The position numbers were made by a program, and so were the translations under genes. A stretch of DNA of 56,978 bases from NCBI GenBank assembly GCA_049999805.1, contig JBNGIO010006279.1:497815-554792 (forward strand), written 5' to 3'. The notes below the pieces were generated by a model. It made no database searches. It saw nothing but the letters and a program-made list of their open reading frames with translations, and had not been told where the DNA came from. This stretch comes from Folioceros fuciformis (lineage: Eukaryota). Position 1 is the first letter of the stretch, and each line of letters starts with the position of its first letter. Below are positions 36,955 through 48,955 of this stretch, piece by piece.

Positions 36955-39576
36955 TTGCGCAATTCAAGGATCACGCATGGACGCAATCAGGAACTGAAAA
37001 AACTGTGTGAGGAAGGGCGGATTGAGGAGGCACTCGAGGTGCTGAAACAGAGGAGCCAGCATTCAGGAATGGTACTGAATGAGACATATGGACATCTGTT
37101 TGAAGCGTGCAGCAAAATTAGGAGCCTTGATATGGCTAGGAGGGCATATGCTCTTGTTACCGTGAAGGGTGGTGAGGTAACGGAAGCATATCTGTGCAGT
37201 GCGGTCATCAAAATGTTTGTCAAGTGCGGGAGTCTTCCGGATGCACTTCTGGTATTCAACCGTTCAACAAAACCTAATGTGTCTGCTTGTAAGACAGTCA
37301 TCTTAGGCCTTGCTGTAAGCGGACAGGGTCGAGAAGCTCTTAGAGTGTATCATAGAATGATAGCCCAACGTCTGAAGCCAGACAAGCACACATTTCTGTG
37401 CGTACTCAAAGTCTGCAGCAAACTAGCAGACCTGCAAGAAGGGAAAAGAATTCATGCGGACGTTGCGAGAGTTGGCTTGGAGTCGGATTTGTTCATAGGC
37501 ACAACTTTAGTAAATATGTACGTGAAATGTGGGAGTATGGTGGATGCCCAGGGTGCATTTGACAGAGTTGTCCCTCGCAATGTGCTTTCGTGGAATGTGC
37601 TGATTGCAGGATATGCCCAGCAAGATGAGAATGAAATAGTGTTGCGGCTGTATAATGAAATGCGAGACCAAGGTGTGAATCCACATGACAGGATCTTTGT
37701 TAGCGTGGTTAAAGGATATGGGAGCATGGCAACCTTGGAAACAGAGACAATGGTGGATGGACAGCCAATCAAGTTGCAAGCTCTAGAAAAGGGTAAGAGA
37801 ATGCATTGTGAGGTTTTAGAGTGGGGCTATGAGTCAGATGCGTTCGTGGCCACTGCTTTGATTGACATGTATGCTAAGTGTGGGAGCATCACTGATGCGC
37901 AGTATGCATTTAATTTATTGTCACAGCGGAATATAGCATCGTGGAATGCGTTACTATCAGGGTACTCCTATCATGGACATGCAGAGACAGTTTTGCAACT
38001 CTACTCCCATATGCAGAAGCAAGGAGTAGAACCCAGTGTTCGTACCTTTGTAACTGTATTGAAAGCCTGCGGCAGCGTGGCTGCTTTGGAAGATGAACAA
38101 ATTGTTTATGGGGAACTGGCGAAGCCAGCTTCTCTGCAAAGGGGAAAGGCCATTCATGCTGAAGTCTATAAGATGGGGTTTGAGACAAATGTTTTCGTGA
38201 GCAACACCTTAGTCCATATGTATGCAAATTGTGGCAGTTTCTCGGACGCCCTGATGTTGTTCGATAGGTTGGGAACACCTGATGTGATTGCTTGGAACGC
38301 AATCGTATCTGGATATGTTCGGCAGAAGCAGAGTGGCAGGGCTCTGGAATTGTATACTCAGATGCAGAAAGCCGGTGTGGAGCCTGACAAGTGGACGTTT
38401 GTAAGCGTGCTGCAGGCATGTGGAAGTGTGGCAGCACTGGAGGAAGTTCCTCAAACAGGTGGACATCCTGTGAAACAAGACTCGCTGCAAAAGGGCAGGG
38501 TAATACATGCTCAGATCCGCAGATACGGGTGTGAATCTGACCCATACGTTAGCTCTGCGCTGATTGACATGTACGGGAAATCTGGAAGTATGACGGACGC
38601 AGAGCATGTGTTCGAGAGCTTAGCTAGACGTGACGTAGTGTCATGGAATGCGCTGATATCTGGATATGCGCAGCAAGAGCAGGGGATGAGAGCAATTCAA
38701 CTGTACTCCAGAATGCAAGAGGAAGGTGCAATACCAGATGAGGCCACATATCTCTCAATGCTCAAGGTTTGTGGTGGTATTGGAGCCCTGTCAATGTGCA
38801 CACAGATCCATGTTGACATGGTGAAAAGCGGGCTCGGTTCGTCTCTAAGTATGGGAAACACGCTTATTCTAGCATACGCGAAATGTGGTAGTTCGGCTGA
38901 TTCAAAGCTTGTTTTCGACTCCTTGCCCAAGCGGAGTCAGATCTCATGGAATGCCATGATTGCAGCGTATACCTTGCAGGGTGACTACGATAAGAGCATG
39001 GAGTGCTTTCAGGAAATGCAGGAAGCAGGCGTGAAGCCGGACGGATACACGTTGAGCTCGCTGCTCGTCTCGTGCAGCCGTGCAGGAATGTTGTACAAGG
39101 GTCTGCACTACTTCCAGTACTTGGTGAGAGACTGCGGCATCAGTGCAACAGACAGGCATTATGCCAGCCTCATTGACCTCGTCGGCCGGGCAGGACTCCT
39201 CCACAAGGCAGAGGACTTGATGCTGCACATGCCTGACCGACCTGGCTTCACAACTTGGATGTCTCTTCTTAGTGCGTGCAGAATCCACCACAACGTTGAG
39301 CTGGGAAGACGTGCATTCGAGCAAGCTTTGAGGCTAGAGCCGAAGCACAGTGCTCCATACATGGTCATGGAGAACATATACGCCCAGGCCGAAATGTGGG
39401 ATTGTGCAGACAAAGTGCTTGAACTGAGGGCACAATCACTTCCTTGGAAGAGACGCGGTCAAAGCTGGATTGAGTGTGACAAGAACGTGCATGTGTTTGC
39501 GGCAGGAGACAAAAGTCACATTCAGACGGATCGCATTCATGCACAGCTTTCAAGATTAGCCTCAAAAATAGGCTAA
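36955..39576 (+). CDS. PLS-class PPR protein, E+ subgroup (no complete DYW), with long L motifs; true start probably in upstream exons
   Basis: Repeated P-L-S triplets (VVSWNALI, TFVSVLQAC, MYAKCG), P2-L2-S2-E1-E2, then RGQSWIE..VHVF..GDKSH and a stop. The ORF starts at TTG. Confidence 0.93.
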   Translation: MRNSRITHGRNQELKKLCEEGRIEEALEVLKQRSQHSGMVLNETYGHLFEACSKIRSLDMARRAYALVTVKGGEVTEAYLCSAVIKMFVKCGSLPDALLVFNRSTKPNVSACKTVILGLAVSGQGREALRVYHRMIAQRLKPDKHTFLCVLKVCSKLADLQEGKRIHADVARVGLESDLFIGTTLVNMYVKCGSMVDAQGAFDRVVPRNVLSWNVLIAGYAQQDENEIVLRLYNEMRDQGVNPHDRIFVSVVKGYGSMATLETETMVDGQPIKLQALEKGKRMHCEVLEWGYESDAFVATALIDMYAKCGSITDAQYAFNLLSQRNIASWNALLSGYSYHGHAETVLQLYSHMQKQGVEPSVRTFVTVLKACGSVAALEDEQIVYGELAKPASLQRGKAIHAEVYKMGFETNVFVSNTLVHMYANCGSFSDALMLFDRLGTPDVIAWNAIVSGYVRQKQSGRALELYTQMQKAGVEPDKWTFVSVLQACGSVAALEEVPQTGGHPVKQDSLQKGRVIHAQIRRYGCESDPYVSSALIDMYGKSGSMTDAEHVFESLARRDVVSWNALISGYAQQEQGMRAIQLYSRMQEEGAIPDEATYLSMLKVCGGIGALSMCTQIHVDMVKSGLGSSLSMGNTLILAYAKCGSSADSKLVFDSLPKRSQISWNAMIAAYTLQGDYDKSMECFQEMQEAGVKPDGYTLSSLLVSCSRAGMLYKGLHYFQYLVRDCGISATDRHYASLIDLVGRAGLLHKAEDLMLHMPDRPGFTTWMSLLSACRIHHNVELGRRAFEQALRLEPKHSAPYMVMENIYAQAEMWDCADKVLELRAQSLPWKRRGQSWIECDKNVHVFAAGDKSHIQTDRIHAQLSRLASKIG

Positions 39577-39959
39577 CTATGCATTGATAAATAGTGCTAG
39601 CAAACTAATTAAACAACGGTCCAAATCAAAGCACTAGATGAGACTGTCAAACTGCCAAAATAGCTGCGTAGTTCCTGCAGAGTAAAGTCGTTCGAGTGTC
39701 ACGCACAAGACCGAGTACACGACGCAAGAGCCTAGCTGCCAAAGCTTGCAGGGTCTCAAGTTTGCACGTGGACTGCAACTGAGGAACATCGGGGACAGTC
39801 TGCAAAGGAGTACGCTTGGTAACTCTAGAGTCCCAAGTCTAAACCCGGAAAGCCTGTCCATGCCTGCCGGACGATAGGAGGCTCCACCTAGCTCGATGAC
39901 TCCTTCCAAGACCAGGTGCAAGGACGCTGGAACATCCACGGATTCTGTCACCTTCCACT

Positions 39960-41363
39960 TTATTGCTTCACATGCCCATTGGAGCTGGGAATCTCACCTG
40001 TGGCGACAGAGTGCAGAGGCTTGGAAGGCATCCCAACGTCTGTGCCAAAGTAGCGATCCCCAAATTCACCCATGCCAGGAACAACGCGATATTCAGCATT
40101 CAAACCTTTGTCGATTTCGGATGTGACTATCTTCAGAAGTGGGAAACGGTCGCACACTGCTTGTATCCCCTCAGGAGCAGATATGAGGTTGAGGAAAATG
40201 ATGTTAGATTCGGGGACACCTTTCTTCAAAAGCAACTCGATGGCCTGAATAGCGCAGTTGCCTGTTGCCAGAACAGGATCAAGTAGCAACACATGCCGGT
40301 TCTGAATGTCTCTGGGAAGATTCTCGTAGATGAGATGCTTTCCATTGTCACCCTCCCTGTGAATCAAGATCTTGCCGATCTTGATGCCCTTGCAACAAGT
40401 CCGCAGAGCATTCTCCATACTCTCTCCACTTCGAATTATGGACACTCCACAAAGCCGCTTGCAAAAATCAACCCCACTGTAGACACATCCAGTAGGTGTC
40501 ACGACCTGCTTTTCCGTGAACGGCAGGTGCCCGAGACCGTGCTCAACAACTAAGCGGATCAACCGGTCAGCATAGAACACGAAGTCGGGATTCGTGGTGT
40601 CGTGGTCCCTAATGATGGTGTGCATGCCTCGGATTTGAAACGTGGACTGGATGACATGAACATTTCCATAAAACTTGCGCAGATCATGAAGCCCCAGCTT
40701 GGTCTGAATATGCTGCACAATCAGATGCACTGCCACGACATTCTCTCCTCCTCGAGGTATGATCACATCGGCATACTTCTTCGTCGGCAGAACAAAATCG
40801 TCGAACGCAGGCTTCACAAACTTAGCATACTGCTCAAGCACACCATTCACATCCCTTCCCCTCTCCAAAGTATCTCTTCTAATTCTTCTTGCAAGCCTCA
40901 CGTCCGCATCCGTGTCCACGAAAATCTTCATGTTCATCATATCCCGAATCCGGGGATCATGGAAAATCAGGATCCCCTCCAAAATCACTACATCCGCTGC
41001 ATTCACCTTCCGGGAGCTGAGAGTGCTCCGCCGGTGCCACTTGAAATCGTAGACAGGAATCTCCACATCCTGCCAGGCCTTCAACTGCCGCAAGCATTCC
41101 AAAAGCTGGTCAGTATCAAAAGCATCGGGATGATCAAAATTGTATTCGCCAGCGTTCTTCGATTCCTCCGGAGTCAGACCCCGGTAGAAGGAATCCTGGT
41201 TCACCAAAATGACCCGGTGGTCATGGAGCTGCTGGATGATCAAGTCGCAGACAGTGGTTTTCCCAGATGCAGTTCCACCAGCAACTCCAATCACAAACGG
41301 CTGCAACTGTTTGCAAAGCACAGTCTGCTTGTTCTCCTCTGCTTCTTCAGCTGCATCAGCCAT
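39960..41363 (-). CDS. UKL: Uridine kinase-like / uracil phosphoribosyltransferase fusion protein, intronless CDS
   Basis: GVAGGTASGKTT P-loop, QDSFY, NFDHPDAFD, LEGIL, then the UPRT domain (RSGESME, LLDPVLATG, PGMGEFGDRYFGT). Confidence 0.93.
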   Translation of the reverse strand: MADAAEEAEENKQTVLCKQLQPFVIGVAGGTASGKTTVCDLIIQQLHDHRVILVNQDSFYRGLTPEESKNAGEYNFDHPDAFDTDQLLECLRQLKAWQDVEIPVYDFKWHRRSTLSSRKVNAADVVILEGILIFHDPRIRDMMNMKIFVDTDADVRLARRIRRDTLERGRDVNGVLEQYAKFVKPAFDDFVLPTKKYADVIIPRGGENVVAVHLIVQHIQTKLGLHDLRKFYGNVHVIQSTFQIRGMHTIIRDHDTTNPDFVFYADRLIRLVVEHGLGHLPFTEKQVVTPTGCVYSGVDFCKRLCGVSIIRSGESMENALRTCCKGIKIGKILIHREGDNGKHLIYENLPRDIQNRHVLLLDPVLATGNCAIQAIELLLKKGVPESNIIFLNLISAPEGIQAVCDRFPLLKIVTSEIDKGLNAEYRVVPGMGEFGDRYFGTDVGMPSKPLHSVATGEIPSSNGHVKQ

Positions 41364-41750
41364 CTTAGGAACAGTTCCAGCCTCCTGGCTCACAGCTGAA
41401 TATCCGAGTGGCGATGGCAGGATGCTAGAGAGAAAATATAAAAACAGAATAAGCTCGTTTAGGGTATGACCACTTCTGTCCAATTAGGGTTGTGAGGCAA
41501 ACCACTGGCTTCCTTACCTCTCTTCTGGACATTCTCAGCACCTTCACATGCCATAAGCTGTGGCTTGATGCACAACGCATCTGCCATTTGTCTGCATTTG
41601 CACATACTCACCTAATAAAAATAAGCTCGGTTCTTGCTTCAATTCCACAGCCTCAGATATAGAATATCTTATACTGTACCACTTCGTCCGAAAAATTAAC
41701 TAAAATTGACTGGCTTCGTTTAGGGCATGACCTCCCCCACTCTCTCCGTT

Positions 41751-41758
41751 TAGGGTTT
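41751..41758 (-). promoter_or_regulatory. Telo-box (AAACCCTA) in the short divergent promoter between UKL and the complex I subunit gene
   Basis: Exact tagggttt about 100 bp upstream of ATG 41858; related gtttaggg copies near 41457 and 41718. Confidence 0.4.
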
Positions 41759-41857
41759 GCGTGAGCTGGAGATAGCATTCCCACACATGCTAAAGTGAGC
41801 GACGTTCAGCAAGCTCTCCGTCTCCCAGTGCTTGGACATCGGAGCAGATCAGAGCAA

Positions 41858-42263
41858 ATGGGGGTCATCCTGAACGCACCTAAGTTCCCGGTGGTTGATC
41901 CAAATCCATCGGCCAGCAAGACTGTGTCCAACTTCAACTTCGATGATCTCGTGAAACTCACGACACTCACCTCCGGATCGACGGCGTTTGGCTACATTGC
42001 AGGTCAGGAGGGATTGAGTCCTGTCCTTCGAATCCATCCCTTCTGCTGCGAGGAAGCTCCGCTGCTCTGTGAATTTTAATGATTCAGAATTGGAAGATCT
42101 GGATTTTGCAGGAGTGAGCTCCAACATCAGAGGCCCGTCTATGTATGTTGGAGGACTCCTCGGATTAATGGGGGGATTTATGTATGCATACCAGTGCTCC
42201 GCCTTCCGGCTGATGGGCTTCCTACCGAACGATGATGAGGTTGAAAGACACAGAAGATCCTGA
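41858..42263 (+). CDS. Mitochondrial complex I accessory subunit (20.9 kDa/NUXM-like); exons 41858-42002, 42112-42263
   Basis: PKFPVVDPNP..TVSNFNFDD..GYIAG|..IRGPSMYVGGLLGLMGGFMYAYQCSAFRLMGFLPN. 109-nt GT-AG intron. Confidence 0.85.
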
Positions 42264-42834
42264 CTTCGGGAAGTGAATTTTAATTCGAATTTTCGTGCCC
42301 GGGTTGGCACTAGCAGCTCAGTTAGACGATGGAGAGTTATGTGGATTGCGAAAGTGCAGTGTTCTGCCGCGAAGAGCAGCCATCCGTTTGGCAAAGATGT
42401 ATACCCCATTTGTTCAAGTCTGATATTTCCTGATAGCTGGGCTTGTAGAGCTTCATGCCTGCTCAGTGTTTCCTATAGCATAGCAGGCTGCCGTTGCATG
42501 CATGGTCAAGCTGCCCGGTTTGTTACATCTTGTTCCCTGACCAATTTGGTCAGTGTTCGTGGCCTGTCTCCGGCAACTCCCAGACCTTGTTAAGCCAACT
42601 CTAGTCATCAGCTTGTGGACCTATGCATCTCTCCTCAACCAGGTAAGGTGCTCGGTGTAGGCTACTGAACTCCCACGCACTAAACGGGATCACTCCGTGA
42701 AGCTTCTTGCTTTAACAAAGCTGATCCCCGTCTTTGACCCTCTTCAACCTCGCCCTGACTTCGTTCAGCGTATGCTGGTGCTTCGGGTGAGTTCTCATCT
42801 CATTTCAACCACAGAGTTCCACTTTTCAGATGAG

Positions 42835-44609
42835 TTACACTTTGCTTAGCAGCAGAGCTTCTGGTTCTTGTTGAGCCCATGCGGCAATCAAATTGTGAGC
42901 TATAGCATACGGCCCAGGGACGAAGGAGACAGGAGTTTCCTGTCCACTGGAATCTATCTGTAGGTCTACCAGCGAATCCTTGGCCAGCTGGTCTCCACAA
43001 CAAGCTCTGTACACCCTCATTGCAGACGAAAGTTGTGCTTTTTTATACTCTGTGTGCGTCAGGGCTTTTCTGATCTGGTCCCGAGTATGCCACTGGGCAT
43101 CTGCGGACAAATCACAACATAGAAACTTACAACCAGGATAAGGACAGGTCCAAAACTCCGTGGAACAACAAATTCGCGTGAATTACCCTCAAGCTCTTTG
43201 TTATCGACGCGTATGTCAAATGTCTTGGCAAATGCAAAAAATCCGACCATCAACTGGCACGGCATGCTGCTCCTTCCAACTGCAACACAGCCAACGAAGG
43301 ACGTCAAGAATCTTGCCACAACTCTCCCTTTCCACCAATCCACGTCTGACGGAAAGGGTCAGCAGTACTGCACCTGGCCAAGGCTGTGAACTGTGATATA
43401 CAACTTCGCCTACTTCGATGCCAACCTCTTCTCTAGTCTCACGCCTCACAGCTTCCTCCAGGCTTTCTCCTTGCTGCAAGGACACAGGCAAGGGTTCTCT
43501 CACACCGTGCCACTCAACACGATAGGCACGAGAGCAGATGGAATGGAAACTGGTGTAACAGATGTCAAGTGCGCACCTCGATGAAACCAGCCAGGCAGCT
43601 CCACATTCGAGGGACAAAGCGAGACTGCCGGCCCAGCACGACAGCATCCCTCTCCTTGTCAATCACCAGCATGATAACCACCTGCAAGCCTCACTTTACG
43701 TATCAGCACCCTTCTATTTGCCTGTCTGTCTGTCTGTCTGTCTTCATAGCTGCAACCAACTGGCACGAGATGTATGACTGCTGAAACCCACCGGATCCAG
43801 CCGCGGATAGGATTTGGTCCTGCAACTAGGGTTGGAGCACTGACGACGCAGCCCAGACTCAATGGATTGAGTCGGCTTCCCACACGTGCCACAGAACTGC
43901 GCATGCTTGTGCCACTCAAGCATTGCCCTGGCCTGCAAACCCACACCCACATGACAAGTCGGTTGGATCTTTCAACCACCTTCTAAGCACATTCCATCAT
44001 GAGTTCAGATCAGCCGAAGTACAACGAGAATCGCAATCCAGATACAAGCAAGATTTCCATCCCAGGGGAACACGGGCCCAAGTCACGCACATGACCTGCA
44101 ATCGACAGCTCGGCCAAAGCTGCTTCATCTGTCCAGTGCGCTCCCACCATCAACGTCCTGAGCTCCACAAACGCCACCGCATCTCCAGATTCGTGCTTCA
44201 ACCTCTTGGCCAGCTCCGCCTCCGCAGCAGCTGACGGCCGCTCTGAGGATCCTGGAGCTGGAGCAGGCGTGCCGTCGGTGGGCGACACGTCCAGCGCCAG
44301 AAACAGCGTGCCATCCCTCTCCCCCAGGTATACCACCTTGTCCAAATCGAGATCGCCCTCGCCATTGGCTGGCCGGCCGATGGCTTGCCCAACTGCGTCC
44401 GGCGAAATCCATACCAGCCGCCATTCTGGGCTCCTACCATCGGGTCCCAGAGAAGCAGTCACAAGAGGCTTGCCATCACAGACCGGCAGCACTTTGGTCT
44501 GGGTATCTGCTGTTTTGAGCAGGCTCCACAGCGCCTGTGTGCTCAGATCGTCCCTCTTGCCTGGGATCAGAGGATTTCGAGAGAAGACGTTCTGTTTTGC
44601 TTCTCCCAT
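42835..44609 (-). CDS. Nudix NAD(P)H pyrophosphatase (NUDT19/NudC-like), multi-exon; start uncertain
   Basis: FSRNPL, FVELRTLM, zinc ribbon FCGTCG..RQC..C..YPRLDP, LAGFIE|QGESLEEAVRRETREEVG Nudix box, SQPWP, AIAHNLI. Ends SKV*. Confidence 0.88.
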
Positions 44610-44922
44610 CCTGCGGCCTGCGACTTCTGGTCTGGCGAAGGCGCTGCTTGTCCGACACTTAAATAAGATCGCCCATGGTCTGGACGTCAAACACGGACGT
44701 GGAACAACAGGCCCAGATTGCTTGCTTGTGGTAACTCCTGTTGCCACAACCACAACCACGCCATCCTGTCACGACCCGAAGTGAAAAGCATTGCATGTGC
44801 TGGAGGCCGCGAGAGATTTACCGGTGAGAGGGTGAAGGTGATTGTGATAACATATCTGTGGGCTGTTGATGATCCGGTTGAGTGGACCCATGTCCAGCGT
44901 TGCACAGCTCAAAGTTTGACAG

Positions 44923-46887
44923 ATGTATTTGAAGCATTGTTTGGTTATGTCATCCTGTGGGAAGGGCAGGAAAGGGCAGGAGAAGGAGACGAGCTATGAG
45001 CAGATGAAAGGACTGTGTGCGGAGAGGAAGAAGCAGAGGTTTCTGAGGCTGCTGGAGAGCTGCAACAGGGTAGCAGACCTGGAAGAGGGGAGGAGAGTCC
45101 ATGCTGACATTGTTCGGGATAGGTGGGAGTCTGATGTCTGCATTGGGAATAGTCTTATCAGCATGTACTCCAAGTGTGGGAGCGTTGCAGATGCACGGAA
45201 TGTGTTTGATACCATGTCCAGGCGCTCTGTGGTATCTTGGAATGCCATGATATCGGGATATACTGGGCATCTGCAGATACAAGAAGAGGAAGCTCTTAAG
45301 CTGTATGCTGAGATGCAGAATCTTGGTGTTTCACCGAATGATCGTACTTTTGTCGGTGTGCTGAAAGCATGTAACAGGCTTGCCAGCAGAGAAGCAGAGA
45401 CTCTGGTGGATGGCCGAGCTCTCAAAGTGAATGCCTTGCACAAGGTGAAGGGTATTCAGGGGGAAGCTGTCCGAAGAGGTCTTGAAACGAATGTGTTTGT
45501 AAGCAGTAGTCTCATCCATGTGTTTGCTAGCTGTGGGAGCATCGGGGATGCTCGGCTTGTGTTTGATACTTTGGCTAATCCCAATATGGTGTCATGGAAT
45601 GCCATGCTTGGAGGATATGTTGAGCAGAAGGAGGGTGAGAAGGCTTTGGAGCTGTATGTTGTCATGCAGGAGAGAGGTGTCAGGCCAAATGACCGGACCT
45701 TCGTGAGTGTGATCAAAGCCTGTGCCACTGTGGCAGCCCGGGAAGCAAGCATCATTCTAGACGGGCAAACAGTGAAAGTGGACTCACTGCGGAAGGGCAA
45801 GGCTATACATGCTGAAGTTCTGGTCAGCGGGCATGAATCCGACTCATTCGTTGGTAGCACTCTCATCAAAATGTACTCCACCTGTGGGAGCATTGTTGAT
45901 GCAAGGGCTGTGTTTACATCATTACCTCATGTGGACGTGGTCCCGTGGAATTCGATGATTGCAGGGTACGCTCAGCAGGAGTTGGGCGAGGAGGCTCTGC
46001 AGCTCTACCTTCGGATGCAAGCTGAAGGCATCAGACCAACAGAGGCTACTTTTTTGTGCATCCTCAGAGTCTGCAGCAGTTTGGGAGCTCTGAACACCTG
46101 CAATCGTATCCGCCATGATGTTATTGCCCACGGGGTCCAGCAGAGCATACCTGTCACATCCGCCCTTATTCATGCATATGGCAAATGTGGGAGCATGGTG
46201 GATGCTCGGCAGGTATTCGACAGGTCGCGGAGGCCAGATTTGGTCCTGTGGAATGCTCTGATGGGAGGATATGCCTGGGAAGGGGATTTTGAGATGGTGT
46301 TCCAATCCTTTGCTGCAATGGTAGAAGCAGAAATTCAGCCGGATGGAGTTACATTTGTGTCACTTCTCTCCGCATGCAGCCATGCCGGCATGGTGAGCAA
46401 GGGCCTTGGGTACTTTGAGTCCATGACCATAGAACATGCCATACCTGCTTCTAGCGAGCACTATGCTTGTGTGGTAGACTTGCTTGGCCGAGCAGGGCTG
46501 TTCGACATGGTGCAAGCATTCATAATGCAGATGCCGCTGGAGCCTGGTCTGTCCGTTTGGATGTCATTATTGGGAGCTTGCCGGAAATATGGCAAGGTGA
46601 AGCTTGGTAGACATGCCTTCGATTGCTTGGTTCGAATAGATCCTGGGCAGAGTGCCGCATATGTCATGTTGTCACACATCTACGCTCAGGCTGGGATGCT
46701 GGGCAGTGCCAAGGAGATCGACGAGCTGAGAAGGCAAGCCGGTGCAAGAAAACAGCCTGGTCAGACATGGATAAATCATAACCACGAGGTACACATGTTC
46801 GTGGTAGAAGACAACAGGCACAAGGAAATTGACAAGGTGTATGAAGTGTTGCGAGAGCTTGATTCCCTCCTAGGTGTGCAAACGTAG
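44923..46887 (+). CDS. PLS-class PPR protein, E+ subgroup, with two long L motifs; intronless
   Basis: P-L-S triplets, E1/E2, KQPGQTWI..VHMFVVEDNRH, and a stop before the deaminase motif. Confidence 0.93.
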   Translation: MYLKHCLVMSSCGKGRKGQEKETSYEQMKGLCAERKKQRFLRLLESCNRVADLEEGRRVHADIVRDRWESDVCIGNSLISMYSKCGSVADARNVFDTMSRRSVVSWNAMISGYTGHLQIQEEEALKLYAEMQNLGVSPNDRTFVGVLKACNRLASREAETLVDGRALKVNALHKVKGIQGEAVRRGLETNVFVSSSLIHVFASCGSIGDARLVFDTLANPNMVSWNAMLGGYVEQKEGEKALELYVVMQERGVRPNDRTFVSVIKACATVAAREASIILDGQTVKVDSLRKGKAIHAEVLVSGHESDSFVGSTLIKMYSTCGSIVDARAVFTSLPHVDVVPWNSMIAGYAQQELGEEALQLYLRMQAEGIRPTEATFLCILRVCSSLGALNTCNRIRHDVIAHGVQQSIPVTSALIHAYGKCGSMVDARQVFDRSRRPDLVLWNALMGGYAWEGDFEMVFQSFAAMVEAEIQPDGVTFVSLLSACSHAGMVSKGLGYFESMTIEHAIPASSEHYACVVDLLGRAGLFDMVQAFIMQMPLEPGLSVWMSLLGACRKYGKVKLGRHAFDCLVRIDPGQSAAYVMLSHIYAQAGMLGSAKEIDELRRQAGARKQPGQTWINHNHEVHMFVVEDNRHKEIDKVYEVLRELDSLLGVQT

Positions 46888-46957
46888 CGGCGCAAGTTCT
46901 TTCGGCAGCAACAGCATGAATAGAATGAAGAAAAGCAAGGACTGGCAAAGGTCGTAT

Positions 46958-48464
46958 TTACAGGATGCCTGCTTGGAGGCTGTTCGACACACTCCTCATC
47001 CAGGCATCCAGCAAGGTCACAGCTTTTTCCCAACGGTCATCCAGCATCACATCATGAGCCAAACCTTTGATGAGATAGGCCTGCGTGCCCCACTCCTCAG
47101 CAGTTTTGTGGATCTCCTCAGGCGTAAAGATGGCATCACTGAGGCCACCGAGTACAAAGGCTGGAGGCAATGCCACGCCTTCCTTTTTCAACTTTTGAGG
47201 AAAGGCAAACCGCGAGGCCAGACCCATTGGCAGGAGAAAGGATTCCTGAGGCTCCAGATACGAATGTAGGCGCGCAACCTCATCGGCGTCAGAGAAATCA
47301 ACTGAGAGCATCATCTGGACCCAAGTGCAGAGCAGAAGAGGTCAGTGAACTTTGTGTCATCCGAGCGTTGCATCTAGATAGCTCATGGACAAACGTCTAT
47401 GCCGCATGCTGTGACAATAAACCGACCTCCTTGAACAGAGCAGGTGTGCCAAGCAAAGTCTTGAGATTCCAGGTGAGAAGCCCCACGAGAAATGCGACCT
47501 TCTTCCTCCATGCCCATCGAAGAAGAGCAGCCCCCCCTCCAGAAGGTGGAAAAGAAGCCATCAAAGCTATAGCTGTTACAGCTGGCACCTCGGTCTCAGT
47601 CCGCAGAAACCACCACCGGCGAGACTTGGGGAGGACCTGCCTTCCTGCCACGATTGCTTGTACAACTCCACCTCCAGCAGAGTGGCCTACAAGAATTGGG
47701 GGGCGGCTCCCTGGATTGTCCTTCGCAATCTTCTTGACAGCTAAATTCAGTCCTCGGACACATTGGCTCAGTGTGACTGTAGGCGTGAACCCCGTACTCT
47801 GACCTCGCCCCGGAAGATTCACCTGTGAAGAGAGCAGAGACTCAATCCACTGGAAAACCATGTCGGAGCACAAGGATGTGACGGAACAGCCTTGCCAAGT
47901 CCGTACTCTATGTGAATCTGTAGCTCACCGCATAGCATGCCCATCCTCTCTCAGCAAGCCATCCCGTCAAGTGCTCCTGCCAGCACCATGCCCCGTGGTA
48001 GCTGCATCCATTTGCACCCACAATCTCATCAGTACACCCGAGCCCAGCCCTGCCTACAGGACGTCGGATACAAGTACTGAACATCATTCAGTCCGTGACC
48101 GGACAGGTTACAGCGAATCCCTGGCAGAGGAAGAAAGAATCTGGAGGTACCCGCCATGGACGAGGACCAAGGGAGGAAGGCCGGGAGATCCAGAGCCCTG
48201 CTTCACCAGCTCCAGCTCGCATTCTTCCTCATCGATTGCGCAGTTGGAGAGCTTGCGGGAGAGAGATCGCACTGCCCGCCTACGCTGCCTCCTCCGCACG
48301 AACCAGAGAACGCCTCCGAACGCTGAAACCACCCCTACCGTTGCCAGAGCTGCGGTCAAAGCGGATGGCATCACAAACGGAAAAGAATCCGTGTCGCCAT
48401 GGCTGGAGCTTCCTGCTCGGCCGCCTGCTGGTCTGCCATAGGCGTAGTAGCCGTGAGGGGCCAT
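46958..48464 (-). CDS. Membrane-anchored alpha/beta hydrolase; 4 exons
   Basis: N-terminal TM helix, LVLVHGG|YHGAWCWQ..CYA|VNLPGRGQS, nucleophile GHSAGG, LGGLSDAIF, LAHDVMLD..W. Splice phases are consistent. Confidence 0.85.
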
Positions 48465-48955
48465 TCCTGCCTCTGTTCTCCACTTGCGGCTCCGCCATCT
48501 TAGGCTCAAGACGTTAGGGCCTTTGCTTTGCTTCGGGGAGATTGTTCTGCGAAACCGGTTCTATTTCTAGCAGGAACAGTAAAGCCAAGCTACACGAACT
48601 CCCACTCCGACCCAAGCTTTGGGGAAGTTCCAACTCCCTTCCATCCAAGTAGGAAGCTATGTGGGTGCGACATCAGGCATGGGACTTTTCGTCGTGGGGT
48701 TTCAAGGTGTGCAGCAGACTGGATGTGCAGATGCGAATGGGAGTTGGGTCAATGCTGTGTGGCCCGAATCCGAGATCTGGAAACCTGGCACGGTAATAGC
48801 ATCGAGCAACCCAACAAACCGTCCCTGAGGTTGAGAGGCTAGTGGTGCAGGTTAGACTTGACTGATTGGGCTGAATGCAGAAATGATGAGGTTGGGATTG
48901 CTCTTGCTCTGCGTGCAGGAAGCAGAAGCAGAAGGGGCCGGAATCAGAGGAGGCT

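Noticed and set aside
41364-41483. N-terminal extension of the UKL ORF
   Set aside because: Non-ATG start; the sequence looks like a 5' UTR intron or UTR.
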